Shown in pieces: positions 1 through 9,841 of a DNA stretch of 64,000 bases. Location: assembly GCA_034670305.1 (NCBI GenBank), contig JAXMNT010000004.1:1-64000 (forward strand), in the 5' to 3' direction. Position 1 is the stretch's first letter. Each line of letters opens with the position of its first letter. The notes under the pieces were generated by a model. The model saw only the letters and a program-made list of their open reading frames with translations, did no database searches and was not told the origin of the DNA. The position numbers were made by a program, and so were the translations under genes. Source of the stretch: Deltaproteobacteria bacterium (GTDB lineage: Bacteria; Myxococcota_A; Polyangia; Polyangiales; Houyiibacteriaceae).

Positions 1-139
1 CAGCGGCAGAATCAGCGGCAGAATCAGCGGCAGAATCAGCGGCAGAATCAGCGGCAGAATCAGCGGCAGAATCAGCGGCAGAATCAGCGGCAGAATCAGC
101 GGCAGAATCAGCGGCAGAATCAGCGGCAGAATCAGCGGC
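1..139. repeat. 12-bp tandem repeat (CAGCGGCAGAAT) x11 plus a partial unit, truncated by the window start
   Basis: Perfect units read directly from 1-132, then CAGCGGC. Confidence 0.95.
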
Positions 140-162
140 GTCGGCTTCCGCTCAAACGCAAA

Positions 163-186
163 ACGCCGCGTCTTGCGACGCGGCGT
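163..186 (-). terminator. Intrinsic terminator downstream of the 210..1643 gene
   Basis: Minus strand ACGCCGCGTC-GCAA-GACGCGGCGT (10-bp stem, GNRA loop) followed by TTTGCGTTT. Confidence 0.75.
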
Positions 187-209
187 CAGCCTTCACGACC
201 CGGTCCGGG

Positions 210-1643
210 TCAGCGAATGATCACGGGGCGCAGGATGACCTGGTTGCCCTTCGTCTGTACCTGGAACCGGACCATCTTGCATCCATGCTTCTTCGTGAGC
301 GATTCGGCGTTCTTCTGCAGCCGACCGATGAATCGGTCCTTCGGAATGTTCGAGACGTCTTCGCCAGCCGCCTGCTTGGCCGCCACGTACTCCGTGTAGA
401 TTCGTTCGAGATAATCGGCCTCTGGCTCCGCTGCGAGCTCCTGGGCCAAGCCCTCGTCGTCGCCGCCCTCGGACGGCTGGGCGGTCATGGCCGCCGCGCC
501 TTCCCACCCGGCGCTCGGAGCCGTCGAGTGCCCCTCTTCGTCGGTTTCAGCCACACCGGTGAACATGTTGATGAGTTGGTTGATTCGATACGCCAGCCCG
601 CCCATCTCCGCGCTCTGAACATCCAATCGGAAGTCGGTCTGCCCGTTGATGACCGAGAGCACCCCTTCTTCGATCTGCTCGATGGGTCGCAGGAGGGTCG
701 TGCCGATCCAGAATCCGTAGCCGAGCACGAGAAGCGCAGTCACACCCATGAGGATGAGAATGATGGTGGTCACGCCTGCCAGCCCCATGGCCGCCGTCCG
801 GTTGCCGAGCACCATGAAGGCGATCTGCTGGGAAGGAACCTCGGGCAGCGGCGCCACCACGCCCACCCACGCGTTGCCGCCGACTTCCGCGGTGAAGGGG
901 GAGCTTGCCGCACCCGACTGGGCCGCGGTCACGGTGTCGGCGAGGCTGCCGCCCACCTGCCCTTCGATGCCGCCCAAGATGGTCTGATCGAGCGAGGAAC
1001 TGTAGATCGCGCCGCCGCGAACGAACGCGACCTCGCGGCCCAGCACTTCTGCCTCACGCTCGGCGGTGCCGACGCTGATGTCGTACCCGACGACCAGCGC
1101 ACCGATGACGCCGCCCTCGTCGTTGCGAATCGGCGCCATGGACACCTGAAGGAGCTTGTTCTCGTCCTCCTTGAACCAGGCGTCGTGCTGGGCGGCGCCC
1201 TCGAGCACGTTCCGGATCGTCGGAATCGAGCCCGCAAGGGACTCTGCGTTCAGACGGTTGATGTCCTGGTCGCGAGCAATGACTCGGCCGGTCTCGTCCG
1301 TGATGGCGACCACGTCGGGCCGTCCACCACGCCCGCGCGCCGGATCTTGGAACCAGGCCGCGACCGAGTTGGCTTGTTCATGGGCCCGCTGCCGCCGGCT
1401 GTTGAGGTCCAGCGCGCGAAACGCGGACCGAACTTCCCGCGACGCCGCGCGATCACGGACTTGTTCCGTGAATTCGAGGGCCGAGAGACGCCAGCTTCGA
1501 GCGAGCAGGAGCTCGTCCTTCACGATGTCGGTGTCGAGCTGGGCACCGAGCCCGGTCTTCAGCTCGGCCGAGACGTAAAAGTAGGCGCCCAGGCCGAGAA
1601 GCAGAACGGCGATGAGGTTTCCCGCGATGATCTTGAGCCGCAC
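210..1643 (-). CDS. Membrane Cache/HAMP protein with myxobacterial MXAN_5187-type C-terminal domain
   Basis: N-terminal TM, periplasmic Cache-like region, second TM, HAMP (LLRPIEQI...EMGGLAYRIN), C-terminal IYTEYVAAKQ...CKMVRFQV domain. Confidence 0.7.
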   Translation of the reverse strand: MRLKIIAGNLIAVLLLGLGAYFYVSAELKTGLGAQLDTDIVKDELLLARSWRLSALEFTEQVRDRAASREVRSAFRALDLNSRRQRAHEQANSVAAWFQDPARGRGGRPDVVAITDETGRVIARDQDINRLNAESLAGSIPTIRNVLEGAAQHDAWFKEDENKLLQVSMAPIRNDEGGVIGALVVGYDISVGTAEREAEVLGREVAFVRGGAIYSSSLDQTILGGIEGQVGGSLADTVTAAQSGAASSPFTAEVGGNAWVGVVAPLPEVPSQQIAFMVLGNRTAAMGLAGVTTIILILMGVTALLVLGYGFWIGTTLLRPIEQIEEGVLSVINGQTDFRLDVQSAEMGGLAYRINQLINMFTGVAETDEEGHSTAPSAGWEGAAAMTAQPSEGGDDEGLAQELAAEPEADYLERIYTEYVAAKQAAGEDVSNIPKDRFIGRLQKNAESLTKKHGCKMVRFQVQTKGNQVILRPVIIR

Positions 1644-1912
1644 TGACCTTCTCCCGATTCACTCATTGAAGGCGGGACCAAAGTCCCGTTTGGGAAGGGT
1701 CCGCCACCACCCCGTGGACGCCCCTCCCGCCTCACGATCCCCAGTGTGGAAGGCCGTGGAAGCGCCTGAGGAAGTAACAGAGGGTGGTTCAGCAGGTCAA
1801 GGACCGCAGACCGACGCCCACCGACGGGTGGACTGGCCTCTGCGGCCAAGTGGGGTGCCATGGTCGGCACTGCCCGGGCCCTCACGCGAATTGGTGGACC
1901 CCCGCGCGGAGG

Positions 1913-2875
1913 TCAGTCGATTCGTTCGCGGGTTCCGTCGGGGGCGATTCGAATGGTTCCGATCGCCCGGCCCTCGATGAAGTACAGGATGAAGGCGACC
2001 ACCCCGAGGCCGATGGCGGCACCGAGCAGGTAGTCGCTCGTCCGCGCGTTTCGGCGGACGTCGTCGTCGCGATCCTCGTTGACCAGAGATCGCGCATGGA
2101 CCCCGAACCCAATCGAGGTGCCCGCCGCGACCACAGCCAGACCGGCGGTGATCCAAGTGAAGATGCGCCGACCGCGCACCGCCTCGTAGCGAGTCTCCGG
2201 CAGCAGATCCGCGTAGGCGGCGGTCGTCACGCCCCCACCGACCCGAAGATCGGCCCGGAACGGGATGTAGCCTTCCTGCTGGAGTTGCAGCCGGTGGCTG
2301 CCTGGATCGAGGCTGAGGGGCGCCGCGATCGGTGTCTGGCCGAGATCGCGCGCGTCGATCTCCAAGGCTGCGCCTTCGACGTTGCTGCTGACGCGCACGG
2401 TACCCGTGGTGGGGCGGTTCAGGAGGGCCGCGCGTTGTGCCGCGATGCGGGCTTGGAGCTCGGCGATGTGCGTCTCCACCTCCTCTCGGTCCGGCGGATC
2501 CACCCGGTCGCGCAGGTACTTCTGGTAGTGCTCGACCGCCTGTTCGAGCCCCTCCAGCGTGTTGATCTCTTCGTAGGCGCGCGCGATGTTGAACCAAAGG
2601 TCCGCGCTCGGAACGAGGTGGGCGGCCAGCTGGAACTGGTGAATCGCTTCCCGGAATTCCCGCGCATCGAAGTGCTGCATGCCGACACGGAAGTGCCCAC
2701 GCGCGTTCTGAGCCGCTTCCACGTTCTCGGGTTGGCTGCCTGGACCAGGCGGCGTGGGCGCGTCCGCTGGCGGGTTCTCCGGTGAATCCTGGGCGGTCGA
2801 GGTCAGCGGCAGGCTGAGTGTCGCCCACACTGCGATCCATCTGGCCATCGACCGACCCCCGACGCGTCTCCCCAT
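1913..2875 (-). CDS. TPR + PEGA domain exported protein
   Basis: Signal peptide (MARWIAVW..., true start may be ~2848), TPR (FNIARAYE...YQKYL), PEGA (VSSNVEGAALEID...GQTP...PGSHRLQL), C-terminal hydrophobic segments. Confidence 0.75.
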   Translation of the reverse strand: MGRRVGGRSMARWIAVWATLSLPLTSTAQDSPENPPADAPTPPGPGSQPENVEAAQNARGHFRVGMQHFDAREFREAIHQFQLAAHLVPSADLWFNIARAYEEINTLEGLEQAVEHYQKYLRDRVDPPDREEVETHIAELQARIAAQRAALLNRPTTGTVRVSSNVEGAALEIDARDLGQTPIAAPLSLDPGSHRLQLQQEGYIPFRADLRVGGGVTTAAYADLLPETRYEAVRGRRIFTWITAGLAVVAAGTSIGFGVHARSLVNEDRDDDVRRNARTSDYLLGAAIGLGVVAFILYFIEGRAIGTIRIAPDGTRERID

Positions 2876-2994
2876 GGAGCAGAGGGTACCCGAAGGACAC
2901 GAAGTGGGCCGATAGAATCGAAGAACCTACACTCCGGAGAGATGTTTGCGCCTGGAACCGTTTTCGATTCGCCGCCATGCGGGGCGCGTGCCGC

Positions 2995-4290
2995 ATGACG
3001 GTCTGGAGCATCTTGTGCGACGACACCGGCATCGCGGTCGAGTGCGGTCGGAAGGCGAACCGGCTGGGCCTGTCGATCGCACCTCGGGTGAGCCCGCAAG
3101 CGGTGGCCCAAGCGCAACAGAGTGTCAGCCGCGGTGAACCCACCGCGCTCGCGTTGCTTCATGAACCGGCGCCAGATGCTCTCGCGGACATCGCGCCGCT
3201 GCCCCTTTACCTGTGGAGCGACGACCGACTGATCCGGCACCTGGCGTCCGACCTGGGACACGCGGTCGTGGACAGCGTCGATGGCCTGCTGGCGGTCCTC
3301 GCACTCTTCGACCGGGACAGCCCCTGGGAAGTGAGCACCAAGACCCTCGAACCCGCCGACCGGGCGCGGCTCGATTCGGTGGTGGAAGGCCGGAGAGAGC
3401 CAACGCTCGGGTACGGCGACGAAGGCAACCTGGTGTTCGATGTCGACGGAGATCCGGTGCGGCTGGGAGAGACCGCGGCGGTGGCCGATGCGCTGGCTGC
3501 GCTTCGACATCGCAGCCGCGGTCCACGTCCGAAGATGCCAACGGTGGAACGCGTCGATCCTCAGAACGTCCTCGATGTGATTCTCGGCCCCGCCCGCACG
3601 CTCAGCGACCCGGCCAGCAAGGCCGCCCTCTCGGCCTACGATGTGCCGCTGCCGATCGAAGAACTCTGCTCGAGTCCATCGAGGGCCGCAACGGAAGCCA
3701 CGCGCATCGGCTACCCAGTGCGGGTGGCGCTGGCGTCTCCCGAACTGCGCCTTTGGGACCACCCCGACCTGGCCGCCGATCGGGTGGACTCCGCCACCCG
3801 GGTCAAGGATGCGTTCCGGCAGATCATGGCCGTGGCCCAATCTCGGGCGCCGGATGCTCGACTGCTCGGCGTGACCGTCTCGGCGACCACCGCGACGCGT
3901 GCGCTGCTGGAAGTCGAGATGAGACCGCTGGGGGACGATCTGGTGTGGGCGCGGCTTGGGTTCGCCGATGCCCACGGTCGCGCCAGCCGGGACGAGACCG
4001 CGCTCGCGCTGCCGTGCACCCGTGAGGGCCTCGAAGCCGCGGTCCACCGGCTGCGGGGCCACAGCTTGTTGACCGAGCCACGCACCGAGTGGCGCAGCCT
4101 CGTCGGCGCTCTGGGCGATGTGCTCCTTCGGCTGGGCGCGTTCCTTCACGACTGGCGCGTCGAAGTCGCCTCGCTCCGCGTGCGACCGCTGGGCCTGCTG
4201 GTCGGAGGGGAGATCGAAATCCGAGAAGCGTCCGTGGAAGTCACCGATGCGTTCGAACGAACGCTCCGGGAGATGGGCACCGGTCGCTAG
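2995..4290 (+). CDS. Acetate-CoA ligase (ADP-forming)-like ATP-grasp protein, divergent
   Basis: SKAALSAYDVP...AATEATRIGYPVRV...VKDAFRQIM...LLGVTV matches ATP-grasp_5; start chosen at ATG 2995 (ORF opens at 2818). Confidence 0.6.
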   Translation: MTVWSILCDDTGIAVECGRKANRLGLSIAPRVSPQAVAQAQQSVSRGEPTALALLHEPAPDALADIAPLPLYLWSDDRLIRHLASDLGHAVVDSVDGLLAVLALFDRDSPWEVSTKTLEPADRARLDSVVEGRREPTLGYGDEGNLVFDVDGDPVRLGETAAVADALAALRHRSRGPRPKMPTVERVDPQNVLDVILGPARTLSDPASKAALSAYDVPLPIEELCSSPSRAATEATRIGYPVRVALASPELRLWDHPDLAADRVDSATRVKDAFRQIMAVAQSRAPDARLLGVTVSATTATRALLEVEMRPLGDDLVWARLGFADAHGRASRDETALALPCTREGLEAAVHRLRGHSLLTEPRTEWRSLVGALGDVLLRLGAFLHDWRVEVASLRVRPLGLLVGGEIEIREASVEVTDAFERTLREMGTGR

Positions 4291-4328
4291 CAGCGGCGAC
4301 CAGGAAACTGGGCACACCACGAGAAAAA

Positions 4329-4358
4329 GAGCGCGTCCACCGTTCGGTGTCCGCGCTC
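4329..4358 (-). terminator. Intrinsic terminator of the small 4381..4566 gene
   Basis: Minus strand GAGCGCGGACACCGAACGGTGGACGCGCTC followed by TTTTTCT. Confidence 0.7.
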
Positions 4359-4380
4359 GATTCCGAATTCGATCGACTCG

Positions 4381-4566
4381 CTACTCGGTGGCTGCGGCGG
4401 CCCCTCCGGGCGGCTGCATTTCGCGCTCTTGCGAGATTTCCTCATCCGTGGCGGAGCCGAAGGGAGGCAAACCAGCGAAATACGCGACACCAAAGTACGA
4501 CAGTCCAAGAACTCCGATGACAATCGCGCCCTTTACGACCGGGCTTGCGTCTTCCCAAAACGACAT
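4381..4566 (-). CDS. Small single-TM hypothetical protein (61 aa, MSFWEDASPVVKGAIVIG...)
   Basis: GGAG RBS before ATG, one TM helix, own terminator. Confidence 0.7.
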   Translation of the reverse strand: MSFWEDASPVVKGAIVIGVLGLSYFGVAYFAGLPPFGSATDEEISQEREMQPPGGAAAATE

Positions 4567-4760
4567 ATCGCTGGCTCCTTGATTGGTGAGGGGTGCCGTG
4601 AAGCGCCCGGAGCGCGATGCTATGAAATCGCGGCGCACAGGGTCAACTGTTTTGTTGAGGTTGTAGGATTGGTGCGAGCCCAGAAATCGACGCGGAGCGA
4701 CGCGAAGCCCCAGGATGCGGGGCGCTGGGACGGTTCGGGGCCGGCACCTCACCGCCCCCT

Positions 4761-5663
4761 TCACGCGTGAGCGGTGAGTTGAACCGCCAGGCGGATGGCC
4801 GCCTCCATCCCTTCGGCAGACGCTCGGCCCTGACCAGCGATGTCGAACCCGACGCCGTGGTCGACGCTCGTCCGGACGATCGGCAAGCCCCACGTCACGT
4901 TCACAGCGTGGCCCCAATCGAGCAGCTTGGACGCGATGGTCGCCTGGTCGTGCAGCATGGCCACCACTCCGTCGATGCGCCCGTCCGCCGCGGCTCGAAA
5001 CGCGGCTTCGGCGGGCACCGGCCCCACCGCATCCGTTCCTCGAACCGCAGGCGTCACCACCGCCACCTCCTCGGTCCCGAAGAGTCCATGCTCGCCCGCG
5101 TGCGGGTTCACACCGGTGACCCAAATCTTGGGCTCTCCGATCCCGAGCGCAGCCAGCGCGGCCGTCAGATGCGCGATGGTCCGACGCACGCGTGCCACGT
5201 CGATCGCTTCTGCCGCCTGGACCACCGACATGTGTGTCGTGACCAGCGCGACGCGGAGTTTGGGTCCGAGGAAGAGCATCGTGACATCGTCGTGGGCGAC
5301 GCCGGTGCGCTCCGCCAAGCGCTCCGTCTGTCCGGTGAACGGGGTCCCGGACGCGACGATCGCTTCCTTGCAGGTGGGCCCCGTCACGAGCCCGCGACAC
5401 GCGCCGGCTTGGACCGCGTCGATCGCCGCATCGAGCCAACCGAGCTGGATGGCGCCGCTCTCCGCGGTGGCGCGATGGGCATTCCGGATGGGGTCCGAGA
5501 CCTCGGTGCCGCGCACCTCGACCCGCGGCAGATCGGCGAAGTCCTGCGGGTCTCCGAAGACCACGAACGACTCTCCCGCGAACGCGCTCGATTGCATCGC
5601 TTTGCGTGCAACCTCCGGTCCGATCCCTGCGGGGTCCCCGACCGCGATCGCGAGCGGCTTCAC
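4761..5663 (-). CDS. pdxA: 4-hydroxythreonine-4-phosphate dehydrogenase
   Basis: GDPAGIGPE, NPHAGE, HDQ, GLPIVRTSVDHG motifs; GTG start overlaps upstream stop (GTGA). Confidence 0.9.
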   Translation of the reverse strand: MKPLAIAVGDPAGIGPEVARKAMQSSAFAGESFVVFGDPQDFADLPRVEVRGTEVSDPIRNAHRATAESGAIQLGWLDAAIDAVQAGACRGLVTGPTCKEAIVASGTPFTGQTERLAERTGVAHDDVTMLFLGPKLRVALVTTHMSVVQAAEAIDVARVRRTIAHLTAALAALGIGEPKIWVTGVNPHAGEHGLFGTEEVAVVTPAVRGTDAVGPVPAEAAFRAAADGRIDGVVAMLHDQATIASKLLDWGHAVNVTWGLPIVRTSVDHGVGFDIAGQGRASAEGMEAAIRLAVQLTAHA

Positions 5664-6337
5664 GGTACCTTCATCTTGTAGCCGACCCCGCGCACGGTCT
5701 CGAGATGGTCGACCGCCTGGCCGAGCTTCATGCGGAGTCGGCGGACGTGAATGTCGACCGTGCGGCTGGTGCCGTAGTAGTCGACGCCCCACACCCGCTC
5801 GAGCAGTTGCTGACGCGAAAAGACGCGTCCGCGGTGCTGGCAGAGGAACCGAAGCAGCGCGAACTCTTGTTGGGTGAGCTGCACGTTGCGTCCGTCCACC
5901 GTCACCTCATGCGCGGCGAGGTCGATGCACAGCGGCCCCATCTTGATGCGCTCCTGAGAGCTGAACTCCGAACGGCGCCACTCGGCGCGCCGCACGCGCA
6001 GGTACAACTCGGGCGGTACGTACGGAACCAAGACGACGTCGTCGAATCCATCCGCGACGTCCAGTCGGGTCAACCCGTTGACGCTCACGCCGATCAAGAC
6101 CGGTACGTCCGCCAGACTCGCTGCCGCTCGAAGGCGCACGAGAGCCGCACGCCCCGCGTCCACTTCGTCCACCGCTTCGACGAGGACCACATTCGGTGGG
6201 TTGCGCGTGAACTCTTCGTCGTCGAGGGAGTCCCAGAGATCGCACGTGCGGACCCGACAGCCGAGGTCTTGGAGAACCTCGACGGCACTCCCCTCCCGAC
6301 GATGGGCGGATTCGGGACCGACGACGAGAATCCACAT
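5660..6337 (-). CDS. OmpR-family winged-helix regulator with atypical (GlnR-like) receiver
   Basis: LTQQEFALL...RVFSRQQLLERVWG...RTVDIHVRRLR...TVRGVGY; receiver lacks the acidic pair, phospho-Asp and Lys. Confidence 0.85.
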   Translation of the reverse strand: MWILVVGPESAHRREGSAVEVLQDLGCRVRTCDLWDSLDDEEFTRNPPNVVLVEAVDEVDAGRAALVRLRAAASLADVPVLIGVSVNGLTRLDVADGFDDVVLVPYVPPELYLRVRRAEWRRSEFSSQERIKMGPLCIDLAAHEVTVDGRNVQLTQQEFALLRFLCQHRGRVFSRQQLLERVWGVDYYGTSRTVDIHVRRLRMKLGQAVDHLETVRGVGYKMKVP

Positions 6338-6458
6338 GATCGGGAGTTGGTTTCGCACGTTTGGGAGATACAGGCATCCGATTCTTGTCCGAGGTCCCCG
6401 CAGACGGAGATCGTTCCCCTTGCCGTCGGCCCAGCACCTCGCTACCGTCGCGTTCTCT

Positions 6459-8282
6459 GTGAGTAAACGTTGGCGATTGGTCGTTTCGGACCTCGGCGGC
6501 GACACCGTTCAGGCGGAAGTCGCGGTCGATGCGGACAACTGGATGGCGGCGCTCCGCAAGGGCCGCGAACAGATGGGCGAGACCGGCGGCGTGCCGACCG
6601 GTTCGAGTTGCGGCGTCGCGCCGGATGGCAAAGTCACGATCCTCGACCCGATGGCACGTCGGCGCATGACGCTGATTCTCGACACCTCGGAGTCCTTCTC
6701 CAAGAGTCGGCCGAAGGGTCCGCAGATCCCTGCGGACCCAGTGCCGCGCCCTCAATCGAACCCGCCTCCTCCGTCGGCCGCTGCGCAGGCGCCCGTGCAC
6801 ACTCCGTCCTCGCCGCCGGCACCCAAGGTCGGGCGGGAGACGATGGCGTATGTTCCGCCGACCCCTGCCGGCCTGTCGCCTCCCAAGAAGAAACGGAAGA
6901 AGAAGGCCATGACGATGGCCTACATCCCGCAGTCGGCGATCCCCGAGCAGGCCAAGGAAGTGGTCGTCGGGTCGGGGGCCCCGAAGCCGGTCGAGGTGTT
7001 CAAACCTTCGGCCGCCACCGTCGCGGCACCGGCGAAGTCCTCACCGGCGCCCGTCGCCAAGCCGGTTCCTGCCGCGCCGGTCGCCAAGCCGGTTCCTGCC
7101 GCGCCGGTCGCCAAACCGGTTCCAGCCGCGCCGGTCGCCAAACCGGTTCCTGCCGCGCCGGTTCCCGCCGCGCCGGTCCCAGCAGCCCCCGTCCCAGCAG
7201 CCCCCGTCCCAGCAGCCCCCGTCCCAGCAGCACCGGTCGCGCAAGCGCCGGCCGCACATGGTTCTGCCGCACCAGCAGCGGCCGCAGCGCAGGCCCCCGC
7301 AGCCCAAGATGCACCCGCACCGGAGCGCATCTCCGAGACGCAACCTCGGCCATCGCAAGTTCCAACCGAACACGTCGATGGGGTCGACCCCGAAGGCGGG
7401 ACGCCGTGGAAGCTGAGCAAACAACGGGACCAGAGCCCAACTGCCGAGAACCCACTCTGGTACCGAGAGCGCATCTACACGGTGCCCGAGGGGACCAGCG
7501 GCGACGTCTCGGAGCGGATCGCGCTCGGGCGGATCAGCGAGCTGAAGCGGCTGCTCGAGAACCAGCCGCCCGGGAAGTTCCTCAACGTCGCGGTGTTCGA
7601 TCACGAGTGGGCCGAGCGTCCCGTCCGGCCCCCCGTCGTCACCGCTATGTTCAAGGACTGGCAAGGCGACGTCGTGGTCGACCGCCCGATGGCCCGCCTC
7701 ACACCGGCCCCCAGCGCGCCGCCTCCCGCCGCGCCTGTCGGTCGCAAAGCACAGCGAACGAGCACGGACGAGCACGATCGGCGTCTCGCCGATGCCTTTG
7801 AGGCCTGCCAGGATCTCTTCTTCCTCGGCAGCGCCCAGGAGGCGCTCGACTTCGCCATCAACCTGCTCGAGCAGCTCTTGCCGGCGGAAGCAGCGAGCGC
7901 TTGTCTGTACGACATCGACAGCGATGTCTTTCGGTTCGTCGTCGTGCGCGGCACGGGCGCCGAACACCGGCAAGGCCATGCGGTGCCGTCCCACATGGGC
8001 GTCTTCAGCGCCGCGGTGAAACTCGCGCCTCAGCCACTCCGGCTCGAGTCGCTCGCCGCGGACGCCCGCTTCGATCCCGAAGCCGATGGCCGCCCCGGTC
8101 TCGAGTGCCGCAGCGCGCTCTACCTCCCAGTGACCTTCGAGGGACGGATGCTTGGCATGCTTCAGCTGGTGAACCGGGTGAAGTACGACGCGTTCACGCA
8201 GGCGGATGCAGACCTCGGGGTCTACATCGCCGAGCAGCTGGGCAAGTTCGTCTACAAGACCCGCATCCGCGCCCAGGGCTGA
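6459..8282 (+). CDS. GAF domain protein with long Pro/Ala-rich linker
   Basis: C-terminal GAF (DARFDPEADG...SALYLPV...GMLQLVNR...FTQADADL); GTG start inferred. Confidence 0.75.
   Translation: MSKRWRLVVSDLGGDTVQAEVAVDADNWMAALRKGREQMGETGGVPTGSSCGVAPDGKVTILDPMARRRMTLILDTSESFSKSRPKGPQIPADPVPRPQSNPPPPSAAAQAPVHTPSSPPAPKVGRETMAYVPPTPAGLSPPKKKRKKKAMTMAYIPQSAIPEQAKEVVVGSGAPKPVEVFKPSAATVAAPAKSSPAPVAKPVPAAPVAKPVPAAPVAKPVPAAPVAKPVPAAPVPAAPVPAAPVPAAPVPAAPVPAAPVAQAPAAHGSAAPAAAAAQAPAAQDAPAPERISETQPRPSQVPTEHVDGVDPEGGTPWKLSKQRDQSPTAENPLWYRERIYTVPEGTSGDVSERIALGRISELKRLLENQPPGKFLNVAVFDHEWAERPVRPPVVTAMFKDWQGDVVVDRPMARLTPAPSAPPPAAPVGRKAQRTSTDEHDRRLADAFEACQDLFFLGSAQEALDFAINLLEQLLPAEAASACLYDIDSDVFRFVVVRGTGAEHRQGHAVPSHMGVFSAAVKLAPQPLRLESLAADARFDPEADGRPGLECRSALYLPVTFEGRMLGMLQLVNRVKYDAFTQADADLGVYIAEQLGKFVYKTRIRAQG
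7049..7240 (+). repeat. Intragenic repeats encoding (VAKPVPAAP)x4 then (VPAAP)x6
   Basis: 27-bp and 15-bp in-frame tandem units. Confidence 0.85.
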
Positions 8283-8350
8283 CGCCTACGCCATCGAGCG
8301 CCGGGCTGAAGGGTCTGCTGACCGAAGGCCTCGGTGCTCCCTCGGCGCGT

Positions 8351-8869
8351 TCAGCGCAGGAGTGCTTGGATCTCGCGCTCGAGTGCGGCTGCGTCGGAAG
8401 CCCGGAAGCCCGAATGCACGTGCCGAACGACGCCGCGTTTGTCGATCAGGTACGACGACGGCATGGCCGGAGGATCGTACCGGTCCGCCACCTGATGCTG
8501 CGGGTCGTGCACGACTCGGAACGAGACCGGCACCTGGCGGAGGAAGCGGTCCATGTTGGCGCGGTTGGTGTCGATGTTGACGGCCACGATCACCAGACCG
8601 CGACGGCCGTACTCGTCGTGAAGGCGTTCCAGTACCGGCATCTCCTCGCGGCACGGACGGCACCAGCTGGCGAAGAAGTCGACGAGGACGACCTTGTTGC
8701 GGAGCGAGGCCATCCGCACCGGGCGGCCGGCGATGTCCCGCAACCCGATCTCCGGCGCGCGGCTTCCAGCACGCAACGCAAAGACGGGGACCGACATCGC
8801 AGCGACGAGCGCAGAGACCAGCAGCAGTCGCATGGGGAGCTTCAACGCGGGGATCAGTGGCTTGAGCAT
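8351..8869 (-). CDS. TlpA-family thiol:disulfide reductase
   Basis: Signal peptide, DFFASWCRPCREEMP, MPSSYLIDKRG. Confidence 0.9.
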   Translation of the reverse strand: MLKPLIPALKLPMRLLLVSALVAAMSVPVFALRAGSRAPEIGLRDIAGRPVRMASLRNKVVLVDFFASWCRPCREEMPVLERLHDEYGRRGLVIVAVNIDTNRANMDRFLRQVPVSFRVVHDPQHQVADRYDPPAMPSSYLIDKRGVVRHVHSGFRASDAAALEREIQALLR

Positions 8870-8901
8870 CGTGGCCTTGGACGGGTCGGGAGGGGAGAGA
8901 T

Positions 8902-9783
8902 TCACAACAGGTCGAGCTCCTCTTGAATGTAGGTGGGGAGGTTCTCGAGCGGCTCCTCGAACTTCCGACCATTCACATAGATGGACGGGGTGCCGCGCAC
9001 CCCAGCCGCACGGCCGGCTTCCCGATCCGCTTGGACCGATGCGGCCATCGCCTCGTCGTCCAGGTCCGCCCGAAAACGCGTGAGATCGAGCCGCAGATCC
9101 GCGGCATACCGTTCCAGGTTCGAGCGCTCGAGCGCGTCTTGATGCTCGAAGAGCATGTCGTGCATCTCCCAGAACTTGCCCTGGCGGCCCGCGGCGTTGG
9201 CGGCGATCGCGGCCAGCGTGGCGTGCTCGTGCATCGGCAGTGGGTAGTGCTTGAACACCATGCGAGCGCGGCCTTCGAACTGGCGCACGATGCGGCCGAG
9301 AATCGGATGGGCTTCGCGACAGTACGGGCACTCGAAATCGCTGAACTCGACGATCGTGATCGCGGCACCCATCGGCGTCCCGCGGACGGGCGCGCCCTCG
9401 AGATCGAATTCGTAGAGCGTGTCGGGCGCGTACCGTCCTCGGTACAGCTCACGGATCTCTCCACGGTCGAGGCCATCCGCGACCAGACGGGCGATGTAGC
9501 CTGCGGCTTGTACGCAGCGGTTGCACGACGCGCCGCGCTGGACGCACTCCGCCACGCTGATGGGTTCTCCGCACGGCGAGAGCAACTCGCTCACCTCTCG
9601 CGACCAGACGCGCCGGTCCTGACGATCGAGGAGCGACAGGTCGACGCCCTCCAGCGACTCCACTGCGGCGGGCCGTTCGGCCCGGCCCTCCACCTCGACG
9701 TTCTCGATCAGCTCGGGTTCGGCGTCGTCGTCGCAACCCCACACACCAACCGCCAACGCAGCCACGATCCACACGCGCGTCAT
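8902..9783 (-). CDS. DsbA/Thioredoxin_4-family lipoprotein
   Basis: Lipobox VWGC, EFSDFECPYC, GVRGTPSIYVNG. Confidence 0.9.
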   Translation of the reverse strand: MTRVWIVAALAVGVWGCDDDAEPELIENVEVEGRAERPAAVESLEGVDLSLLDRQDRRVWSREVSELLSPCGEPISVAECVQRGASCNRCVQAAGYIARLVADGLDRGEIRELYRGRYAPDTLYEFDLEGAPVRGTPMGAAITIVEFSDFECPYCREAHPILGRIVRQFEGRARMVFKHYPLPMHEHATLAAIAANAAGRQGKFWEMHDMLFEHQDALERSNLERYAADLRLDLTRFRADLDDEAMAASVQADREAGRAAGVRGTPSIYVNGRKFEEPLENLPTYIQEELDLL

Positions 9784-9841
9784 CGATGGGCAGCCTATCG
9801 CGCAAATGCGCTCGCGCGAGTCGAATCTCTCCGGCGACGGG

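Noticed and set aside
1-139. CRISPR array
   Set aside because: Head-to-tail 12-mers with no spacers and no cas genes
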